Source: Chiloscyllium plagiosum
Taxonomy: Eukaryota
DNA: 64,000 bases
Reading direction: 5' to 3'
Assembly (NCBI RefSeq): GCF_004010195.1
Contig: NC_057750.1
Location: 11,817,144 to 11,881,143 of the forward strand
Below, piece by piece: positions 36,051 through 48,567 of the stretch (the first letter of the stretch is position 1; each line of letters starts with the position of its first letter). Under the pieces are notes generated by a model. That model was not told where the DNA came from, made no database searches, and worked only from the letters and a program-made list of their open reading frames with translations. The position numbers were made by a program, and so were the translations under genes.

Positions 36051-37239
36051 TTGTGAATGTCTGCACTGCATCTTGGAATAATACACTGTTGCTACTGCGC
36101 TTTGGTGGTAGAGGGAGTGAATGCTTATTCAAGTGGTAACAATCAAACAGACTGCTTGAACCTGAATGATATCAAGCTTCTTGAATATTGTTGGAGCTGC
36201 ACTATTCCAGGCAAATGCAGAATATTCCATCACATTCCTGTCTTGTGTCTTATCACAGACATATGGGGAGTCAAACAGTGAATTATTTGCTGCAGGATTC
36301 TAAACCTCTGACCTACTCTTGTAGCCACTTTATTATATGGCTAGTTGAGCTCAGTTTCTGGTCATTGTTAACCCCTAGGATGTTGATACTACATTTGACA
36401 ACGAGCCACATAAATAGATATTAAGGTAACTGACCAAAAGCTTTGTCAAAGAAGCATTTTAAAAGTGAGAAAGGTGTAAAGGTTTAGAGCTTTGCACCAA
36501 GGCAGCTAAATTTATGACTACCAATCATAAGGTTAAATGGATTCCACAGGAACCAGAATTGGAGGAACATGGAACTCTTGGAGTTGATTGATGGAACCAG
36601 TTGTTGAAGGAAGCTTTGAGAGTTACTACATTATGTCTGTCAATGGTACATGCTATGTTGGTGAATGCTTACGATGGTGCATGGGATGTCAGTCAAACAG
36701 ATTACTTTGTCTTGATCGTATTAAGGTTCTTGAATATTATTGGAGTGACACCAGTCCAGATAAGTGGAGAGTTTTTTACACTCCTGAATTGTGCTTTGTA
36801 GATAGTGGCCTAGCATTGGTGGGACAGTAATTGCTGAGGGTCACTGCATATATTGCTGATATCATCATGTATGGAGATTTCCCATGGCTTGAGACAGTGC
36901 ACAGAGTTATACAACACGTTAACAAACGCTTCGGTCCAACTTGTCCATGCCGACCAAATACCCTAACCTATTCTAGTCTCATTTACCAACACTTGGCTCA
37001 CTTCCCTGCAAATCCCTCTCACTTATGTACCCATCCAGATGGCTTTTAAATGTTGTAGTTGTACCAGACTTCACCACTTAAAAGAGGGAATTCAGAAAAT
37101 AATCTGAGAACTAAACCGATCTATGTTTGTGTCTTGGCTATTTTGAGATTGCTGCACATGGAAAAAGGAACTAATAAAGACCCCCAACAATGCTTTACTC
37201 AGGTAAGTACACGAAGGTAGAAAATACCAGACACAATTG

Positions 37240-37860
37240 GTCAGTGCATTGGACATAAGAGTTGGGAGGTCATGTTATGGCTGTACAGGACATTGGTTAA
37301 GCCACTTTTGGAATACAGTATTGCAGTCAATTCCGGTCTCCCTGCTATATGAAGGATGTGAAACTCGAAAGTGTTCAAAAAGAATTTACAAGGATGTTGC
37401 CAGGGTTGGAGGGTTTGAGCTATTGGGAGAAGCTGAATGGGGTTGGGGCTATTTTCCCTGGAGCGTCAGAGGCTGAGGAGTGACCTCATGGAGTTTTATA
37501 AAATCATGAGGGGCATGGATAGGGTGAAAAGCCACAGTTTTTTCCCTGGGGAGGAGGAGTCCAGAACTAATGGACAGAGGTTTAAGGTGAGAAGGAAAAC
37601 ATATAAAAGGGACGTAACAGGCAACTTTTTCATGCAGAGGGTGGTGTGTGAATGGAATGAGCTGCCAGAGGAAGTGATGGAAGCTGGTACAATTACAACA
37701 TTTAAAAGCCATCTGGATGGGCATATGTATAGGAAGGGCTTAGAGGGATATGGGCCAAATGCTGGCAAATGGGACTAGATTAATTTAGTCTATATGGTCG
37801 GCATGGATGAGTTGACTGAAAAGTCTGCTTCCCAGCTGTACATATTAGTGACTCTATATC
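37240..37860 (+). mobile_element. CR1 LINE 3' fragment
   Basis: LGLFSLERQRLRSDLMEFYKIMRG...WNELPEEV. Confidence 0.85.
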
Positions 37861-38049
37861 TGGTCCTAGGCAATGGCCAGATTGGACAATCAAAATAAAA
37901 TTGTTTTCTATCCACCCTATGCTTTGGGAATTAAAGAGATAAGTCTCTTGATGCAGATTATTCAGCCTCTGTTTTTGTGGCCATAGTATTTACATGGCTG
38001 ATTTAAATGTGTTTCTGGCCAATGGTAAATCCACAATGTTGACGGTGAG

Positions 38050-39900
38050 GGATTCAGCACTTAAAACGCTTTGCAATGTCAAAGGAGATGGTTTGATACT
38101 GTTTTGTTAGAGTAGTGCCTGCTACTTAAGTGGGCACGTGCCATTTATGTCACACAGCAGTCTAAGACTGAATGTTGTCAGTCTCTTGTTATATGCAAGC
38201 TCAGACTGCTTCAGTATCTGAGGAGTTGTGAATGGTACTGAAAAGTGTGCAATCATTACCAAACATACCCACTTCTGACCTTACAATGAAGGGAGGGTCT
38301 TTGGAGCAAGTTAAGATGGTTTGGTCTGGAAAACTATTCTGAGGAACCATAGCAGTGATATTCAGGGATTGAAATCATTGCCTACAGCAACCCTAACCCA
38401 TTTTTCTAGGTGCTAGGTATGAATCCAATAGGTTTCCCGTATTCCAATTGCCATAAATTTTGCAGGGCTCACTGATGCCATCAAATGATGCTCACCTCTT
38501 ATTTCTATTGTTGATAGTTGAATCATGGTTGCAATGAGATCAGGAGCTAAGTGGTCAGTGTGGAATCTAAACCACATCAGTGAACAGGTTGTTGTTGACC
38601 AAGTGCTGCTGGATATATTGTCAATGACACCCTTCGTCACACTACTGATGATTGAGAGTAGACTGAAATAGTGGAAATTCACTTTATTGGATTTATCTTG
38701 CTTTTTTGTGACAGTACCTACCTGGACAATTTTCCACATTGTTAGGTATGTGTCAGAGCTGTACTAGAATAGTTTGGCAAGAGATGCAAATAGTTCTGGA
38801 GCACAAGTCTTCAGTATTCAAGCTGGTACATTGATTGGCTACAGGGTCTTTGTTGTATATATTATCATTGTAGGTTGTACATTACTCATTTATCACAGAG
38901 TGAAGAAATTGTCTGAAGATTAATATCAGTGATGCTGGGTACCTCAGGAAAAGCTGTGTCATCTACTTAGCCCTCTGGTTACAAACATTCTAGCCTTATT
39001 GTTTTACACTGACATATTGGGGTTCACTAATATTGAGAATGAGGATGTTTTTGCAGCTTCCTCCTCAAGTTAGTTATTTAATAGTGCACCAGCATCATGT
39101 CTGAATGTGGCAGGACTGCAGACCTTCAATCTGGCCTGTTGAATGTGGGAATACTTGGCTCTGCCTATCAGATTCTGCTTTCACTGTTTGCATGTTTGTC
39201 CCGTGTAGTGGCTTCACCAACTTGGCAACCAAGTTTTAGCTTTGACAGTCAGTTCTTCTGGTATATTTTCCTATGTCACCTTTGAAGCAGAGTTGGTCTT
39301 GTGGCAATGGTGGAGTGAGGGATGTGTTGGGCCATGAGGTTACAGACTGTTGAATATAATTCTGCTACTGCTAATAGCTCAGAATGCCTCTGAGATGACC
39401 AGCTTTGAGCTACTATATCGGGATTGAATAAATCCCACTTTACAAGTGTTAGTGGCATACAACACAACGGAGAGTATCCCGATGTGACAGGAACCTGTCC
39501 CCAGAGGAATGTGACTGTGATCACTCCTACCAATAAGAAAACATGGGCAGATGCCTTTATGACAAGTAGATTGGTGAGGACGCAGTCAGGTAAGCTTTTC
39601 TCTCATCAACTGCCGTAAACCCAATCTGGCAGCTATGTCCTTCAGGAGTCAGCCAGCTGAGTCTTTAATAGTGTCACTCTCGATGAAGTCCCCAGCCAGA
39701 GTACATCCAGTACATAATGGGCACAACGCCTCTTCCCAGTAGTACACAACATGGAAGAGTTCTGATATGTTAGCTGAAGAAGAATGATTGGTGGCAACCA
39801 CAATGTTTTCTTGCTCATATGTTAACTGATGCTATGAGAGTACCAGGATTCTTGTATACCACTGTACCACCCCCTCTGGCCAGTCTGTCATGCAGGTGGG
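38050..39900 (-). mobile_element. Highly degenerate LINE (CR1/L2-like EN-RT remnants)
   Basis: MWKIVQVGTVTKKQDKSNKVNFHYFSLLSIISSV resembles the WK.A.V.PVHKK.DKSNP.NYRPISLLS region. Confidence 0.5.
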
Positions 39901-39939
39901 ACAGAGCATAGCTATATCAGGCAATTGCTTGGTAAGGCA

Positions 39940-40953
39940 TTAGACGTCCCAAAGAGACATACACCAAACACCACCAACTTCATCAGCAAGGGCAGTATCA
40001 TTAAGTTAGTGAAACTATGCCTTACCATACACTTCACCTTCAACAACAAAACCTACAAGACAAACCAACGGGACACCCATGAGATTTCCGATATCAGGAT
40101 TCTTAGCAGAGACAGTAATGCAGAGACTCGAACAAACAGCTCTGCCCACCATCCAACCCAAACTTTGGGTCCAATATTTGGATGACACCGTTGTCATCAT
40201 TAAATGAAACAAATTAGAGGAAACCTTTAAGATCGTCATTAATACCCTTCCTGGCATAAAATTCACTAAAGATGAGGAAAACAACAACAAACTGCCATTC
40301 CTAGATGTTACAGTAGAGAAAACTGCCAACGGAGAACTTCAAACCAGTGTATGCAGGTAAACACATACAGACCAAATATTGAACTACAGAAGCAATCATC
40401 CCAACATCCACAAACTAAGCTGCATCAGAACATTATTTCAACAAGCCATCACACACTGCAGCGCAGAGGAAAATCACCTATACAGTGTACTTAAATAAAA
40501 TGAGTACCCAATGAACACAGTCCGCCGATTTCTGAGCAAGAAACCCAAACAAGCAGACAAAATGCGTCCAGAAACCCTAGCCACTCTCCCCTACATCAAA
40601 GACGTTTCGAAAATGACTGCCAGACTACTCAGACACCTTGGCATCATGGTAGCCCACAAATCCACCAACACACTGAAACAGCAGCTAATGAACTTGAAAG
40701 ACCCTATGTAGACAACAGCAAAACTAATGTCATTTACAAAATACCATGCAAGAACTATAACAAACACTATAAGGCAGAAAACTAGCCACCAGGATAAATG
40801 AACATCAACTAGCCATAAAATGAAATGACCCTCTCTCACTAGTATCCTTACATACAGATAAGGAAGGACACCACTTTGACTTGGACAACACATCCATCCT
40901 AGGACAAGCCAAACGGAGACATGCACGAGAATTCCTAGAAGCATGGCATTCCA
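39940..40953 (+). mobile_element. Penelope-like element, RT C-terminal half plus GIY-YIG (5' part of the split copy)
   Basis: WVQYLDDT, LPFLDVTV, TLPYIKDVS, NVIYKIPC and HAREFLEAWHS motifs. Confidence 0.85.
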
Positions 40954-41526
40954 TAAGACCATAAGACATAGGAGCGGAAGTAAGGCCATTCGGCCCATCG
41001 AGTCCACTCCGCCATTCAATCATGGCTGATGGGCATTTCAACTCCACTTACCCGCATTCTCCCCGTAGCCCTTAATTCCTTGTGACATCAAGAATTTATC
41101 AATTTCTGCCTTGAAGACATTTAGCGTCCCAGCCTCCACTGCACTCTGCGGCAATGAATTCCACAGGCTCACCACTCTCTGGCTGAAGAAATGTCTCCGC
41201 ATTTCTGTTCTGAATTTACCCCCTCTAATTCTAAGGTTGTGTCCACGGGTCGTAGTTTCCTCGCATAATGGAAACAATTTCCTAGTGTCCACCCTCTCCA
41301 AGCTATGTATTATCTTGTAAGTTTCTATTAGATCTCCCCTTAATCTTCTAAACTCCAATGAATACAATCCCAGGATCCCGAGGCGTTCCTCATATGTTAG
41401 GCCTACATTCCAGGGATCATCCGTGTGAATCTCCGCTGGACACGCTCCAGTGCCAGTATGTCCTTCCTGAGGTGTGGCGACCAAAACTGGACACAGTACT
41501 CCAAATGGGCCCTAACCAGAGCTTTA
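40954..41526 (-). mobile_element. Young CR1 LINE 3' end inserted into the PLE
   Basis: GLTYEERLGILGLYSLEFRRLRGDLIETYK...GKWS plus CCATAAGA tail repeats. Confidence 0.9.
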
Positions 41527-41899
41527 TGCTCTCTTTAGTTGATCTTGGCTGTTTCCTTTTGTAGAGTAAGAGTTTAAACAAGTAGTGGTGAAGTGCTCTT
41601 GCTCAAATCAAGTTTGCAATCTTAACAGCTTTCATTACATGAGAAAAATCTATACCTTTACGTGTCAGTGCTTTCTGGTGGTTTACTCATTGATGAAAGT
41701 TATCAAATACTTTATGGTCTTTCTTTTCTCAAAAATAATCATTTGCATTATCACATGGGTGGTAGGATGGTATATCTCCATTTTATGAATTTGTTTGTCA
41801 TTATACTCTCAATTGACATACTGCACAAGAGATGCTATGCATGGTTTCCCTGGTATTGTAGAATTTGTACCTGATGTTGGCTGATACTGTGTTTCTGGC

Positions 41900-42700
41900 T
41901 GGTGATGTTGCTGTTGTACTACTCATGTACGACTGTGGACCCTGAGGTTTACCAACAATTCTTGCTGGCTTGCAGCTTTTCATTATTTGTCTTCAACAAC
42001 TAGGGCAAAGATTTGACATATTTCCTCAGGTTTTGACCCCCCCCCCCAACACACATGTGCACCCACCAGTTTCTTTCTTCCTCCTGGTAAATTGTAGGCT
42101 GAATCTCATTGACAAAATTGTCATCTGTATTTTTTGCCATTGCGTAGTTCAACAGACAATTTTGCGTCAGTTTTTAGAGATGCATCTTGGAGTGGTGATA
42201 AGGCCAGGGTCTTCCATTTGTCTTCCAGCACTTTGTGAGGGTTTCCTTTGCCATCTAGATGTGTCCTTCTATAAAAGTGAGCTTTTGGGTAGTGTGGTGA
42301 TGTTAAACCTACATTGTTCAGCAAATTCCATGAATTGGGTTCCATTCTTCCTGCCCTTAAGGACTCTCTTGCTTAGCAAATGTAATTCATGCTTTTGAGA
42401 TGATTATTTATAGTTCTCGATTTTTATTTCTTTTCTGATAACTGGGAACTTTGAGTAGTAGTCTGTTTACTATGTGGTGCTATTCTCGATTAAATGTGAA
42501 TAAATTGTTTCTCCAGCATGCCTAGTCTAGTTCTGTTTCGCTAGCTATTATTTCCTCTTTCTATTGTGATTTTCTACATTTCTGGCATGCATGACATGTA
42601 GATACCATTCTTTTTGTTTATTTATAGAAGCCCATCCACTTCAAAGCTGTAATGTCTCGGAACTCTCACTGTTATATTGCCATGTAGCCTTCCTTTCTTT
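41900..42700 (-). mobile_element. Degenerate Gypsy-type integrase
   Basis: MVSTCHACQKC (zinc-finger Cys pair), DYYSKFPVIRK, NGTQFMEFAEQ and TSPHYPKAH, in integrase order. Confidence 0.7.
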
Positions 42701-44667
42701 TTGATGGTCTTTCTACATTGTTTGGATTCAATGATTCTGGATCCAACCAACTAAATGTCACCTACGAGTGCGATGTCATCTCTGACAGACCAGCACAAGT
42801 TGTTGTGACCAAGATAGGAGGATGCATCAAGTTCTTTCAAGTCCTGTTTCTTCATCTGTCATTATGAATTTGAAATTTAATCAGAGTGATAGTAAAATCA
42901 ATTATGTAGGTTTAAACTGCATCTGTTTCAGTACTTGAAACAAATCAGCAAGTTTATTTTGTCAACAAAGAATAACAAGTTTATTGCAAATTAAATTTGC
43001 ACATACAAAACTACAAAAATTATTTACATAAAATGGGTTAGACTGTGCAACAGTAGATAAGATATCCTAGACTATGTGTAACAGATAAACTGGTCAAACA
43101 TTCCGCAGAACACATCAAACAGCAAATACAATCAATCTGGATTTCTTACAACAATTCTCTTTTTTATATATATCTCTCTCTCACACACACACACAAATAT
43201 ATATATGTGTGTCTGTACACACATGCAACCCACGCACCCATGATCCGATAATGACACTGTGGGTCACCAAATCTCATTTTAACTTTACAACAGTTTACAA
43301 TGTTTCACCTGGCATTGAAATGTCCTCAAGCCACTTTGTCGTGGACTGCCTCAGCAGCTGCTCATGTTCTGGTAGTTCACCTTCCTTTCCTGAGACTTCA
43401 CTCCACTGTACTCTTGGTGACTGCCCTCTAGCATTTACTTATAGGTGTAGCTCTAGTTTTCTATCAGACTGAGCTTTACTAAGGTGATGCTTTCTTTGGG
43501 GGTTAGTTTTCCAAGCTCTAATCTGACTATTGTACAAAGCAAATGCTGATTTGTGGGTTTCCTTCATTTGTGATCCAGTTGCACTGAATTATTAGAAGCT
43601 TTTTCTGAGCCAACATCGTTCTCTCAACACTTAGAGTCTTAACTCCAATACATAGTTCCCAAAAATTCCCAAAAACTAATTTCAAACTGTACAGAGCTGT
43701 CCTCATGCTCTTGACTTCTCCACGTCCCCAACTACACATTACCAGTATAGTTAAATTTCAAAGGTGGAGCTCAACTGTTTCTTTCTGCACAGCGCTTGCT
43801 TCTGTCTTTGACATCTTTTCCAACTGATTGTGACATGGAAACTGCTTTTTGGTAACAACTGGAATAATTTTAATTGACTTGTTGAAAACCTTGCAACATG
43901 CCTGCCTTTTTTCTTGGCAAAATTAAACCTAACTAATATTTGGAACAGTTAAATGTAAATCAGCAGTTGGACTTAAATATGACGGTCCCTTGGAATTGTG
44001 TCTCCCCTGAAAGTTACAATATTCAATGAGTGCTGACTTCAACAATTCAAAAATGCATACAAAGAAAATCATCACAATGTATTCCTGACTTTGTTTGCTG
44101 TATCTAATTAGGAAACCTTAGGATCATTTGATGAGAGAGCATCTGAACCTTATCTATACTAATCATGTCTCTGATTTTACTCCATTTCAGAGGTATAATG
44201 TTGCTAGCTGGTGTATTTTTACATCTAAATCTTATGGATCATGATTTTCATGTGGCAATAGACAAATGGCATTGAACAAGATCATTTCTCTCCATGGATT
44301 GCATTAAGGTGAAATTATAACTTTCAAGTCCCAGTGTAAACTCTGCTTTCTTGATTTTATTTCATAGACCTTTTTCTTGTAGATTTGCTCCCATGGATGA
44401 TGACAAGTCTCCACTATAGCCTTTCTCCTTTGGAAGTATGTATGGAACATCTCATCTATGCACATTTGATTAAAATTATTCTTTGTTGTATCTGCTTTAG
44501 CAGATGTTGGAGTCGTATATGGCTCAGCAGATTTTGGAGTCATATCTGGCTCAGCAGATGTTAGAGGTTTGGATGCAAATACTGATATTTTTAGCAGGCC
44601 AACACCCAGTCTTTTTTGTGAAAAACATTTACTTGTAGAGTGACAAGTACTTTTTTTAATATGACAT

Positions 44668-44783
44668 ATGAATCCCCTATAACAACTACTTGTCTTTTTG
44701 CTCCCCCCTCTTGAATGGCCTTCTGCACTATGGTGCCGTGGTCAGCTGGCTCATCCTGTCCAGAACCCTTTTCCTCATCCGTA
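44668..44783 (-). mobile_element. CR1 ORF1 fragment (5' end of the inserted CR1)
   Basis: DHGTIVQKAIQEGGAKRQVVVIGDS, the esterase-like GDS motif of CR1 ORF1. Confidence 0.7.
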
Positions 44784-45070
44784 CATTCCAACTGGAACAC
44801 TATCAACAAACACACTGACTTGGATCCCATTGACCACCCCCTGAGAAAAATAACAGGAAATGATGTCACCACAGGAAATGACATCAACAACCCAAGGAAA
44901 CCCAAACATATAAATAGAAAGCCGGAAATACCAGCAGTGCTTAGTCTGGAGGTTCACTGAAGATGTTACTTAGCATAGTGATGAAATGTGTGAAAATGAA
45001 CCTTCCAGCTCAGAGATCAAACCTACACCCAGAACCTCAACCTGAGCTACAAATGTTCTCAAAACTGGCG
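44784..45070 (+). mobile_element. Penelope-like element 3' end (continuation of 39940-40953)
   Basis: HSNWNTINKHTDLDPIDHPLRKITGND continues EAWHS; cattcca duplicated at 40947-40953 and 44784-44790. Confidence 0.85.
44953..44994 (+). ncRNA. Hammerhead motif with mutated cleavage triplet (probably inactive)
   Basis: ttca-CTGAAGA-t-gttact-tagcat-agtgat-GAAA-tg-tg-tgaa; GUG in place of GUC. Confidence 0.55.
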
Positions 45071-45499
45071 TTTTATTACTGGCTTGTAGATTATTGACCC
45101 AGTAACATCACTACTATTCAATTATCTCTCATTTCAATATCATTTACTTGCAAAATTTTATGGTAGTTGTGTTTATTTTTAATAGATCTTTTATTAGATG
45201 TGCCTCTGTAATGAAGAGTTTTTTTTACATCTCTTGAGATTCCACTTTCATCCTTATTAACAATATCATTTTCCCTGGGGAGGGGGTGGAAGCAGGAGTG
45301 GTTTTGATTGACACCTGAACAGCCCATTCAACTTTCCAGACAATCTGGAACGTTAATGTCCAATGGCAGTAGCGGATAGAGGTTAGAGCTTCGACTCTGG
45401 ACGTTGATTGGGCCTTTGGGCACAGAACTTGCGCTTCTGCAAGTCCAATTGTTATTGGTCACACGACACATACAAACCAGGGCCCACAAGTTACTATCC

Positions 45500-46230
45500 C
45501 GTTTCAAGCTGCGGGGAAGGAGGGCCAATGAAAGGCGTCAACACAAACCATCGGCGGAAGCAAACGGCAGGCCGGCTGCGAGGTGGCTCCTGATTGGCGA
45601 TTTGGTAACAGCAGGCGCATTGTGAGCAGTTGATGACCAATGAGGAGCGCGGAGAGAAAAGTGGGTTTGGCTGCGCCTGCCGCCACCAAAGTGGGTGCAG
45701 GGAGACGGCGGCCATTTTGTTTCGTCAGACGCCGCGGCGAGCGAGAGGAATTTTCTTTATAGAATCCAAAGTGTCCCTTTTTTTTAACCTTTTGCCAATC
45801 GATTGGAGCGGTGCATGTATTTATTGTTTTCCTTCGCGTGGTCTCTCGCATTACTGAGCCGTTTTTACGGTCGGTGCTGGTGCATTTGTTTAGAAGAAAA
45901 TTTAAAAAAAACAGTTTTAATTTAAAAACACGGGGATGAGTTCGTTGGACGTACGGAAACTAAAAGTGAACGAGCTCAAGGAGGAGCTGCACAGACGTGG
46001 CCTTGACACAAAGGGCCTCAAGGCGGACCTGCAGGAGCGGCTGCAGGCAGCTTTGGACCGTGCCGCTGAGGAGGAACGAGTAGCGGCAGCCGCAGCCGCC
46101 GCCGCCGCCGAACAGCAACGACAAGAGGAGGCGGAGAGATCCCGGTCAGGTAAGGCCTTGGCGCGCATGCGTGGACCTCCGGCAGGTAAGCTGTGCGCAG
46201 GCGCAGTCGCAGCCATAGACCTACCTTTAG
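45500..46230 (+). promoter_or_regulatory. CpG-island housekeeping promoter of HNRNPUL1
   Basis: CCAAT/ATTGG boxes at about 45525, 45593, 45637 and palindromic ccaatcgattgg at 45795-45806; ETS-like cggaag at 45555; YY1-like ggcggccattttg at 45707-45719; NRF1-like tgcgcaggcgca at 46194-46205. Confidence 0.8.
45936..46149 (+). CDS. HNRNPUL1: hnRNP U-like protein 1, first coding exon (SAP domain plus poly-Ala)
   Basis: [40 protein letters not shown]; the RRGLDT signature fits HNRNPUL1 better than HNRNPU; cag/gtaagg donor at 46150; no later exon recognised in the window. Confidence 0.82.
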
Positions 46231-46927
46231 AGGGAGAGCACGGGGGTGTTGCTGGAGTGAAACATGTTTTTGTCGCTGATCTCATCCATTTCCTGCCCCT
46301 TTTAAATGACTCGTCTTTGGTTCTCAACCCATTAGAGCCCACAGTTAAAATAAAGCAATGAACTGTGGGTGTTGAAGATCTGAAACAGAAGCTGCTGGAA
46401 AGACTTTGCATCTGTGGCAAGAAGGCAGATTCAGTGTTGGAAATGTGTTGCTGGAAAAGCGCAGCAGGTCAGGCAGCATCCAGGGAACAGGAAAATCCAC
46501 GTTTCGGGGCATAAGCCCTTCTTTAGGAACCAGTGTTCCAAGTACAGTGAATCTGCAGTTATTCTGTGTGAAAGCCTTTTTGTTTGATTTCATGGAAATA
46601 CGAAAGCCCCATTTTAGTTTGTAGTTGACGTCTTTATAAGCACAAACAGATGGTTGTTTGCCCCCATGTGGTAGCCTGAAAGGTGCTGGAAACAGACTCC
46701 ATAGTTGGCCTTGAAAAGGAACCACGTGGGCCGAGTGCTGGCATGTGGGACTAGATTGGCTTGGGGTATCTGGTCGGCATAGACAAGTTGGACCGAAGGC
46801 CTTGTTTCCGTGCTGTACATCTCTGACTGTTTTGACAACCAGAATCTATCTTCCCATACCCCATGTCACGTCATGTTTACTTGATGGATCAAGCAGGTAA
46901 GAGACAAGCCATGTAAACGAAGAAAAA

Positions 46928-46968
46928 CAGTTCTGAGGAAGGGTCACTGGGCTTGAAACATTAATTCT
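46928..46968 (+). ncRNA. Degenerate hammerhead motif in a short element (25450 family)
   Basis: gtt-CTGAGGA-a-gggtca-ct-gggctt-GAAA-ca-TT-aat. Confidence 0.45.
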
Positions 46969-47026
46969 GATTTCTCTCCACTGATGCTGCCAGACATGCT
47001 GAGCTTTTCCAGCACTTTTTGTTTCT

Positions 47027-47337
47027 CATGGATTAGATTCCCTACAGTGTGGAAACAGGCCCTTCGGCCCAACAAGTCCACACCGACCCTCTGAAGAGCA
47101 ACCCACCCAGACCCATTCCCCTACGTTTACCCCTGACACTCCACCTAACACTGGGCAATTTAGCACAGCTAATTCACCTGACCTGCACATCTTTGGATTG
47201 TGGGAGGAAACCGGAGCACCCGGAGACACAGGGAGAACGTACAAACTCCACACAGACAGTTGCTCGAGGCGGGAATTGAACCTGGGTCCCTAGCGCTGTG
47301 AGGCAGCAGTGCTAACTGCTGAGCCACCGTGCCGCCC
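47027..47337 (-). mobile_element. Full-length V-SINE
   Basis: Reverse complement of head, core and tail. Confidence 0.9.
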
Positions 47338-48567
47338 CTTGTGCTTATAAAAGAATGTTTTGGCTCTTGCCCTTCATTGATTCAGTTCATCCCTCTTGGA
47401 TGAGTTGTGGCACCTGTAAGGTATGCTGTAATGTGATTGTTCAGTCCTGCAGTGTCCTCTGCCATCAAACATTACGGAGTTTCACAGCTCATTTATCTTG
47501 GCCGTCTTGTTGAAATTGGTATGCATCGTGGCAAGGGTAGAATGACTTGTCCTGATTTTTCTCTGGATGTTTTTTAAAGATGATGTACCAACCTCCATTT
47601 TGATAACTTCCTAAACACACTGTTGCTCTAATTCTGGCCTTTTGTATATCCCCTAATTCTGCCACTCCACTAGCTGTATCTTCACCTGTCAAGATTGTAA
47701 AGTCTGTAATTCTCTCCCCAAAGTACTTTGATCCTTCACTTCTTCCATCTTCACGAATCTGTTTGAAACTTGCCTCATTGGTCAGTTACTTGGTGACTTG
47801 TCTGAATGTCTCTTTGATCAGTATTAATTTTGTCTGTTTACATACCTCTAAATCACCTATATGGACTTTTCATTGTAAAAAAATGACTATATGCATGCAA
47901 GTCTTATACGTGAAATGACAATGATATCAGTTTTGTCCCACCCCCCCACACACCACCCAAGTCGAAGCAAAATGCTCAAAGAAACAGTATGGTTTTATCT
48001 CCTTCATTTTTATTCCAGGCCCTGGAGGGAGAGAGAACGATTTCCCATGTGCCCATGAGTTCGCGGTCTTCTCTGGAACAGTTTCTCAATGAACTATATA
48101 GTCACTTTACAGGGAGGAGCATCCAGATAAGGCAACATACATATTGATTGGGTGACCATTACACTCTGTGAGTGTCAATAGTAAAGCTTAAGCCATTGGC
48201 TGTTACGCAATGAATAACAGGCTTCACATAATGACTACTTTTCACCTTGTTAAACTGACTTCATATACTGAATGCAACCCATCTTGTTAAATGGCTCCAC
48301 ATAATGAATGCTTTTCTACCTTGTTTAACTCATTACCCTTGCCTCCAGCACCCCACTGTTAACTCTAAGTTTTTATCTGATCTGAGTCATGCTCAGCTGA
48401 ACCTCTTGTTTCACAAAACTTAGAACTTAACTCCTTCCCTGCCTGCTTATACCCAATACACATTACCAGGTCAGTAATTTGTTCTCCTGATGATAATATA
48501 AGAGTATTTTAAGGCAGCAAGGTTTTAGAATTTGACTTTAATATTCAAACAACCTCAGATATATTCG

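Noticed and set aside
45917..46420. 167-aa antisense ORF with poly-Ala
   Set aside because: Shadow of the GC-rich HNRNPUL1 exon with no independent signals.
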